A stretch of DNA of 64,000 nucleotides from a candidate division FCPU426 bacterium. Lineage in GTDB: Bacteria > Oederibacteriota > JAAXVQ01 > JAUVAV01. Made by a program: the position numbers and the translations under genes. The notes below the pieces were generated by a model. That model ran no database searches. It was not told the origin of the DNA and saw nothing but the letters and a program-made list of their open reading frames with translations. Location: positions 896,001 to 960,000 of the forward strand of contig JBFLYH010000001.1 of the NCBI GenBank assembly GCA_040756875.1. The letters are read 5' to 3'. Position 1 is the first letter of the stretch. Every line of letters begins with the position of its first letter. Shown piece by piece: positions 57,993 to 64,000 of this stretch.

Positions 57993-59177
57993 CTATTGTC
58001 CTAAAGCGGCTCTCAGCGGCATGGATATGATCACGAATTCCGCGGGTTTGAGCGGGGCGAATCCCACCTGAAGATTGACCCGCCCCTGGGCCCGGTCCGC
58101 GGCCGTGGTGGTGGTCGTATCGCACCGGACAAAATACGCGTGCCCGGGCGCGGAACCTTGAAACGCGCCTTGTTGAAACAAAGTGTGCATGAAAGCCTGG
58201 ACGCTCGCGCGAATCCGGGCCCACAAGGGCTCGTCATTCGGCTCAAAGACCGTCCACTGCAAGCCACGGCGCAGGCTTTCCTCCAGAAACAGCGCAGTCC
58301 GCTTGACGGACAAATACTTATACTCACCACCGTACTGATCATCTCCGGCCAGCGTTCGCGCACCCCAGCTGACCAGCTTCCCGCCAACCGTCCGCAAGGC
58401 ATTGACGCCCATGGCATTCAACCGGGTATGTTCTTCCTCAGACACCTCCAGCGCCAGGCCCGCGAGGCCGCGCAGGTCAGCCTCGGTTCCGGCCGGCGCT
58501 TTCCAAACCCCGCGGCTGCTGTCCATGCGGCCCAGCAGGCCCGCCAGAACGCCGCTTGCTCCCAGGGCCACTTCTCCCCCGTTCTCCGCGACCCTGACCC
58601 GCGGGTAATGCAGCACGCAGTGTTCCCGCGCCAAACCAGCGCGCACCGCAGGCAGGCCCTGGGCCGGATCCAAAATTTTTTCCACTGAGGTCCATTCAGG
58701 AAGAGGGTCCAAGAGCAGCAGGGCCCGGCGCTTGCGGCAAAATTCGCTGGCCGGTCCCCACAAACTCGTCTGGGTGGCTGTGTTCTGGGTTGCATCCTGG
58801 GGCAGAATGAGCAGGTTGAACAGTTCTACTTCGCGGTCAACGAGTTCAAAAGCGTCCAGGTAATCCGAAAGCTGCGGCGTTTGGCTTCCATCCGCCTCTG
58901 TTCCCCCGGTATTTCGCCCGATCCGAAAGACGTAACAACCGGTGCCGCCATTGGCGAAAAAGAAACGTATTGCCCGGGCTAATTCGCTGTTCTTAGCGCC
59001 ATCGGCAAATTCGTCTTCAAAGTCTTGAGCCGTTTGGCAAAAAACCGGCTTCTGCAGGGGCCCGGCCTGGAGTTGGCCGATAAAGAGCGCCGTGGAGGTG
59101 GAAACCCCGGCAATAGGCCGTACTCCGGACGGGACGTCTTCGATCTCTACGCCTGGCAACGGTTCGTCGGTTGGCAT
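57993..59177 (-). CDS. Contractile tail sheath protein (eCIS/Afp-like), orphan
   Basis: PGVEIEDVPSG..PI.GVSTS, FFANGG, RGVWKAPAG, WGARTL, VFEPN..LW, GFAPLKPAEFVII. Confidence 0.92.
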   Translation of the reverse strand: MPTDEPLPGVEIEDVPSGVRPIAGVSTSTALFIGQLQAGPLQKPVFCQTAQDFEDEFADGAKNSELARAIRFFFANGGTGCYVFRIGRNTGGTEADGSQTPQLSDYLDAFELVDREVELFNLLILPQDATQNTATQTSLWGPASEFCRKRRALLLLDPLPEWTSVEKILDPAQGLPAVRAGLAREHCVLHYPRVRVAENGGEVALGASGVLAGLLGRMDSSRGVWKAPAGTEADLRGLAGLALEVSEEEHTRLNAMGVNALRTVGGKLVSWGARTLAGDDQYGGEYKYLSVKRTALFLEESLRRGLQWTVFEPNDEPLWARIRASVQAFMHTLFQQGAFQGSAPGHAYFVRCDTTTTTAADRAQGRVNLQVGFAPLKPAEFVIISMPLRAALGQ

Positions 59178-59241
59178 ACGGGGTCCCTTTCCCGCGAGTT
59201 TCATCAAGCACCCAGGGTTCCGACCGTTCCTTCATTCCAGC

Positions 59242-59320
59242 CAGGAGTCGAATCCCGGCTTTCACCGCGTTCGTCGGCCCCCGCACACTTTGATTATCGT
59301 TTATCCGGCGTTTAATCCGG
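59242..59320 (-). repeat. Left arm of an imperfect inverted repeat (partner at 63777-63873)
   Basis: CAGGAGTCGAATCCCGGCT (19/19), TCGTCGGC (8/8) and GTTTATCCGGCGTTTAA (16/17) match the reverse complement of the right arm in the same order. Confidence 0.85.
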
Positions 59321-59627
59321 ATTGCATCTTTGGCGTGGCACCAGCACCTACGATAGAACTATATCTCTGTTTACATCCCAGTCCAACCAGGGCCACATAT
59401 TAGTATATATGCCCTTTATAGGTCAACCGAGAGGTCAATTTTGGATCTATTTTCGGGTCCGCAAGCGGGTGTCGAAACGGCCATTTAACGCTTATTTTGT
59501 CCTTTTTGTCCGGCTTTTTTAAAGCCAATTTCGTATAACTCTTTTATTTCCAATTTGTTTTTAATGTCCATATCTCGAAAGCGGACATTTAATAAATTTG
59601 TGCTTGGATTAATATAATAAGTTAGCG

Positions 59628-61382
59628 CTAGATGGTTTTAAATCCCCACTTCACCCAGGAAGACAAATGTTTGTCGTAATGCGAAGCAGGGAGTCCCACT
59701 AGTAGCAAGTGTCGTGCTCGTGTCATTGCGACATAGGCCAAACGTCGTTCTTCGTTATTGGTATTTGATTCGATCGCTTTTAAAACCGCATTAAAGAATT
59801 GTGCAGATCCTAATACCAGAACTCCGTCGATACTTTCGCCTTTCACTTTGTGGATGGTTTCTTGCCTGATTCGAGGGAATAAAGTTTGTGGCTGGAAAAG
59901 GGGTAATGTTAATTTATGTGCATCAATTCCAGTCCGTTTGATTTTTAATCCTAATTTGGGCAGATTTGTAATGCCTATATCTGTAAATAGACTACTAAGA
60001 TTTGTCTTCAACTTCTCAATCCACTCTTCGCAATTCTCGCTTACCAGCGGAAGCCCTTCCGGAGATTTCGTGAATTTCCAAAGTGCCAATTTTATTCGAT
60101 GTGATTCATTCGAATCAGGATTTTCATCATATTCTTCCCACAAATTAGGTTCATCAATCATTTGTCGAATTGAATTTTCTACAATATGTTGTGCTTTCCG
60201 ATAGTCTTTATGGGTATCTCTATAAAAAGCTGCCTGAGCCATGTCTTTGGTAAGTCCCTGCAGGCTTATATAGTTCACATCACCTCGTATAGTTTCAAGC
60301 TGTTGATGAGCGCGACAAAGAATTGCGCTTCTCGTCAGAGGAATATTCGCTAAGTTTAAAAGTCGCTCAAATTCCGCGATACTTTTTCCAAACCCAGAAC
60401 TAGGTTCTCTCACAATAAAGGGGTGATGATATTCATTTTCAATTCCGCCACATCCAACGAAGGAAATATTTCCGCTAATATTTTTAACCGATTCCGCTAT
60501 TCTATTATTGCAGCGAAATGATTTACTTAATGGCTTCTCTGGAATATTCCACTTTTTCTTTAAAGCAGGCAGTGATGTTGCATCGGCCATACTAAATTCA
60601 TAAATACATTGATCAGGGTCGCCAACTAAAGTAATCTTAGTACCCTTATCGCGAATAAAATTTAAAAGTATTAGAAGCCACGCGTTTGTGTCTTGAGCTT
60701 CATCAACAACTATTTCCGGAAACCTTCGTGCGATACATTCGGCTATATGAGGGCGTTCAAATAGAATACGGCAAGCGAGGTAAACCCGTTGGGCATGGGT
60801 GTAATATCCATATTTAAAGAACTCTTCAACAGGATGGTTTTCTCTAAATTCAAGGGTTTGTCCCCCAAATTTATCGGATGCTCGGAATGCGACTTTTAAA
60901 TTATCTGGAAAAGGAATGATTTCCCAGGCTGGGACAGGTATTGTACCTCTTTTTGTTTTAGTCCATGCTTGTAGTTTTGTGTTAGCCCAATCTCCAGGAC
61001 GAGGAGCAATGAATAATTTGGGCCTTTTTACAGATCCGCAAATAAGATGGCCAAAAGGAGTAATTATAAATCGCTCGACAAAAGAATCGAAAGTTCCAAC
61101 ATAATTCGGATCAGATAGTAGACCTCTTTGGCCAACTTTTATTGTTGCTTCATGGAATTCCCTAATTGCAGCATTCGTAAACGAAAGTAAAGCAAGGCCT
61201 CCAACATTATAAGACCAGTTTGCTCCCCGCCAGATGAATCGTCGGCAGGATGTCCAGGTTTTTCCACTTCCAGGGGCTGCTCGAAGGAGGAACTCCAAAT
61301 CATCGGCAAAGATCGCATCGCATTGTTCGGTAGTAGGTCCCTGATTAAGGATTTGTACTCGTAGCTTCTCTGTACCGTCCAT
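59628..61382 (-). CDS. UvrD-like SF1 helicase (GajB-like)
   Basis: AAPGSGKT, VVDEAQD, VGDPDQCIY, TIHKVKGE, EERRLAYVAMTRA. Confidence 0.9.
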   Translation of the reverse strand: MDGTEKLRVQILNQGPTTEQCDAIFADDLEFLLRAAPGSGKTWTSCRRFIWRGANWSYNVGGLALLSFTNAAIREFHEATIKVGQRGLLSDPNYVGTFDSFVERFIITPFGHLICGSVKRPKLFIAPRPGDWANTKLQAWTKTKRGTIPVPAWEIIPFPDNLKVAFRASDKFGGQTLEFRENHPVEEFFKYGYYTHAQRVYLACRILFERPHIAECIARRFPEIVVDEAQDTNAWLLILLNFIRDKGTKITLVGDPDQCIYEFSMADATSLPALKKKWNIPEKPLSKSFRCNNRIAESVKNISGNISFVGCGGIENEYHHPFIVREPSSGFGKSIAEFERLLNLANIPLTRSAILCRAHQQLETIRGDVNYISLQGLTKDMAQAAFYRDTHKDYRKAQHIVENSIRQMIDEPNLWEEYDENPDSNESHRIKLALWKFTKSPEGLPLVSENCEEWIEKLKTNLSSLFTDIGITNLPKLGLKIKRTGIDAHKLTLPLFQPQTLFPRIRQETIHKVKGESIDGVLVLGSAQFFNAVLKAIESNTNNEERRLAYVAMTRARHLLLVGLPASHYDKHLSSWVKWGFKTI

Positions 61383-63072
61383 TTAACTCCTCGTTTTTAG
61401 TAACACCTAGATACAGAAAGGCATTTCTAATATATTGTGGAATTACATTGGCCGTTAAATCATTTGCCATTTCTAAAAGTCCTGCCAATTCTTGCGCGAA
61501 TTGACCCTTGGATGTATTATTTCGAAGAAACTCAGTAAGGAATGTATCAGCCTTCTGTTCATCAGAACCTATCGATGCAATCGTATTTCTGAGCATTTTT
61601 CCGTTTCTTGGATATAGTGATTCAAAGGCATCAAGCATAAACGGCAACAATTTCGGTGAACACGCCAATTCATGTTCGAAAGTTATTCGACTTAGTTCAA
61701 CTCGAAGATTAGGAATTTCACTCTCCTTCCTTTTTAGTTCAGAAGCGGTTATTGAAGGAGCACCAGTTTTTTCAACATCATCACCATCAGTAAGAACTAC
61801 AACCGGCAAATTGAGACAATCAGTTCCGAATAGAGGAAGAAAGGCGTTAAAATTGATACCATCAGTATTTAGCACGGTGATAGCGGATTCCTTAAGACAG
61901 CCTCCGCATATTCGAGCGAGAGCAGGAAGCAAGAGCGCTTCAGCGATCCCCTCTACCATTAATATTTTTCGTGCGAAAAATAATTCAGCTCGAGTTGCAT
62001 CAAGAAATCGTTGAAGTTTCATTTTAAGCACTTGATCAAAATTAATCAAACAAATGGATACCGCACTAACCCTACCATGAATTTCATGGACGGAAATTAT
62101 CGAATCGATTGGAGCCTGGCTTGCTAAAATAGGTGAATGACTACTCACAATAACCTGCACACCATCTTCACTAGAAACTTTCACAAAATGTCTAAGTAGA
62201 AGGACTTGAAGCTGTGGGTGCAGATGGGCTTCTGGCTCCTCCACTAATATGGACCGATAAAAATATCGATCGCTTCGTTTGAGTGTTCCGAGAGTCGCGG
62301 CGGTAAATACAAGATTATTATATCCAAGGCCATTAAGTGAAAATGGCAATCCTTCAATCTCGGGCTGAAGACCGGCAATAATTTTGTGAAAAGTCGGGTC
62401 GCTGAATATCAATTCCGTTTTCTGCGTCAATTCCCCGCCAGCTATTGAAGTCATTTGATTATCAATATCCGCTTTAGCGTCCTTAACAGATTTTAGATCT
62501 CGAATTTTGTTGTTAGCTTCTTTGGCAATCGTTTCAAATTCCACATGTTTGTTTTCTTCGGTGAGACTATCAATAAGGCGGGATATTTGAGAATATCTAC
62601 CAGGCTTCAATCCACTTTCCGGATCTCTTAGAGGTTGAAGATAAATTGAGGTTAGTCTATCATAGAAATTTGCAGAAAGGCTTCCGCCCTCGGTTTCACC
62701 GCCCCACATCTTCACATTTGCACGTCGTGTAATGGAATTGAATTCAGCACGGGCATTTAATTTCACTTCAAACTTGCCATTACCAATATCCACGAGACAT
62801 TCGTGGAAGCAAACTTCCTCATCGTCATTGAGATCGCAAAAAGTGCATGATATTTCAATAGGAACGTTCCCTGTTCCTTGACGAAAATCATCTTCATTAA
62901 TTCTGAGCGCATCAAAATCGCGGCTTGAAAACAGCATCAATCGAAGCGCGTCAATGATAGTCGTCTTCCCAGCATTGTTTTCGCCAATAATCACACTTAA
63001 ACCCCGAGGAAAAGTTACCGTGAGGTTTTCAATTTTACGGAAATTTTTAATATGCAAGTTATATAATCTCAT
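61345..63072 (-). CDS. OLD-family ABC-ATPase/TOPRIM nuclease (GajA-like)
   Basis: GENNAGKT, GLGYNN, VEEPEAHLHPQ, SHSP, TOPRIM VEGIAE and LTDGD. Confidence 0.92.
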   Translation of the reverse strand: MRLYNLHIKNFRKIENLTVTFPRGLSVIIGENNAGKTTIIDALRLMLFSSRDFDALRINEDDFRQGTGNVPIEISCTFCDLNDDEEVCFHECLVDIGNGKFEVKLNARAEFNSITRRANVKMWGGETEGGSLSANFYDRLTSIYLQPLRDPESGLKPGRYSQISRLIDSLTEENKHVEFETIAKEANNKIRDLKSVKDAKADIDNQMTSIAGGELTQKTELIFSDPTFHKIIAGLQPEIEGLPFSLNGLGYNNLVFTAATLGTLKRSDRYFYRSILVEEPEAHLHPQLQVLLLRHFVKVSSEDGVQVIVSSHSPILASQAPIDSIISVHEIHGRVSAVSICLINFDQVLKMKLQRFLDATRAELFFARKILMVEGIAEALLLPALARICGGCLKESAITVLNTDGINFNAFLPLFGTDCLNLPVVVLTDGDDVEKTGAPSITASELKRKESEIPNLRVELSRITFEHELACSPKLLPFMLDAFESLYPRNGKMLRNTIASIGSDEQKADTFLTEFLRNNTSKGQFAQELAGLLEMANDLTANVIPQYIRNAFLYLGVTKNEELNGRYREATSTNP

Positions 63073-63560
63073 CGCCTTAAACCCAAAATTATATTTTAAA
63101 TACCCAACATCTTTTATATTTTTAATCGTGTGTTAACTATATAGTAATTTTGGATAAATTCATATTTTTTATTAATAGCCAATCCTTGGGTAAGGTTTAA
63201 TCTTCCCTCATCCAGGAAAAAATCTCGCATCCAGCTTGCTACTTATTGACCACCGTCACATACACAATAAACTCCGGTGGAACGGTATAGCCTGATGGCA
63301 GGTTACGCTGGCTCCAAGACAATATGACCTTTCCGGCTGCCACACTATAAGAAAGGTCTGTAACCGTGCTATGCATATCATCCGGGATAGATTTGGGGCC
63401 GGAGTCTACTTATTAACTTTAATGGCGAGTCGTTAAAATGACCGTTAAACTCCGGTCCTGCCCATTAAGCATAGGTTTACATCAAGCCCTTTAAGATGGC
63501 AACCTGAATTTGCTTGAAAATTAAGGGTGGAAAGGATAAAAACTATATCGCTCGGTATGT

Positions 63561-63637
63561 CGGGGTGTAGCGCAGTTGGCTAGCGCACCTGCTTTGGGAG
63601 CAGGGGGTCGGCGGTTCAAATCCGCCCACCCCGACCA
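63561..63637 (+). tRNA. tRNA-Pro(TGG)
   Basis: CGGGGTG acceptor, CCTGC-TT TGG GA-GCAGG anticodon arm, GTTCAAATC, CCA. Confidence 0.96.
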
Positions 63638-63688
63638 GATTTCCCGCACAGCGGAAAATCGGAGTGTAGAGCCGTTCGCTTCGTGAAC

Positions 63689-63765
63689 GTCCCAGTAGCT
63701 CAGCTGGATAGAGCAACGGATTTCTAATCCGTCGGTCGCGGGTTCGACTCCTGCCTGGGACGCCA
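63689..63765 (+). tRNA. tRNA-Arg(TCT)
   Basis: GTCCCAG acceptor, ACGGA-TT TCT AA-TCCGT anticodon arm, GTTCGACTC, CCA. Confidence 0.96.
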
Positions 63766-63776
63766 GAATACGTACC

Positions 63777-63885
63777 CCGGTTAAACACCGGATAAACTCA
63801 AACCATTTGATGTGTACGAGCCGACGAGCAAAGCGAGGAGGTCCCGGCGGTTTCAGCCGGGATTCGACTCCTGCCTAGGTCACTA
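63777..63885 (+). repeat. Right arm of the inverted repeat, ending in a degenerate copy of the tRNA-Arg 3' end
   Basis: TTCGACTCCTGCCTaGGtCaCtA compared with tRNA TTCGACTCCTGCCTGGGACGCCA. Confidence 0.8.
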
Positions 63886-63903
63886 GCATAATCTTATCGT
63901 GCA

Positions 63904-64000
63904 TCACCGCTTTTTCCGCTTCTTTTTCGCCAACAACTCTTCCCTTACAACCGCCACCATCTTGCGGGCAGCCAAAGCCCGGTGACTGGCCCGGTTCTTC
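63904..64000 (-). CDS. C-terminal end of a probable RdgB/Ham1 non-canonical purine NTP pyrophosphatase (partial)
   Basis: KNRASHRALA matches the KN..SHR..A terminal motif; only 31 residues are visible. Confidence 0.5.
   Translation of the reverse strand, partial: KNRASHRALAARKMVAVVREELLAKKKRKKR

Larger units (their letters stand above)
59330..63550. mobile_element. AT-rich acquired defence island; no integrase in the window
   Basis: Abrupt drop in GC against the flanks, defence gene pair, adjacent tRNA genes. Confidence 0.7.

Noticed and set aside
57993-63550. Prophage or complete eCIS/T6SS
   Set aside because: Only one sheath gene is present, with no tube, baseplate, capsid, terminase or integrase in the window.
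63859-63885. Third tRNA gene
   Set aside because: Only a degenerate T-arm and acceptor fragment is present, with no D-arm or anticodon arm; it is treated as part of the repeat.

Overview
High-GC (roughly 60% by eye) bacterial chromosomal window from a probable diderm, chemotactic lineage: it encodes an outer-membrane beta-barrel, lipoproteins, and Thr/Pro-rich surface proteins with T9SS-like C-terminal domains. Left to right it holds clpX-clpP-tig behind a four-tRNA operon (His, Arg, Lys, Leu) whose spacers carry palindromic repeats, then a divergent K+-independent membrane pyrophosphatase, a YgiQ radical SAM protein and a membrane cyclase. The best candidate for an undescribed system is the 11-gene operon at 13228-23099. 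It joins a discrete type II FAS set (FabF, a second KS, FabG, FabZ, enoyl reductase, ACP, PPTase) with a polyketide-type beta-branching cassette (PksG/H/I-like, AcpK-like ACP) and a PLP alpha-oxoamine synthase, and has no modular PKS. A possible product is a methyl-branched amino-ketone or sphingoid-like lipid. A 14-gene chemotaxis cluster follows, with twin MCPs and five CheX-like domains, then mixed housekeeping and surface-protein genes and an orphan contractile tail-sheath gene. An AT-rich Gabija-like island (OLD nuclease plus UvrD helicase), together with tRNA-Pro and tRNA-Arg, is bracketed by an imperfect inverted repeat containing a tRNA T-arm fragment. All calls come from motif recognition by eye; no database search was run.
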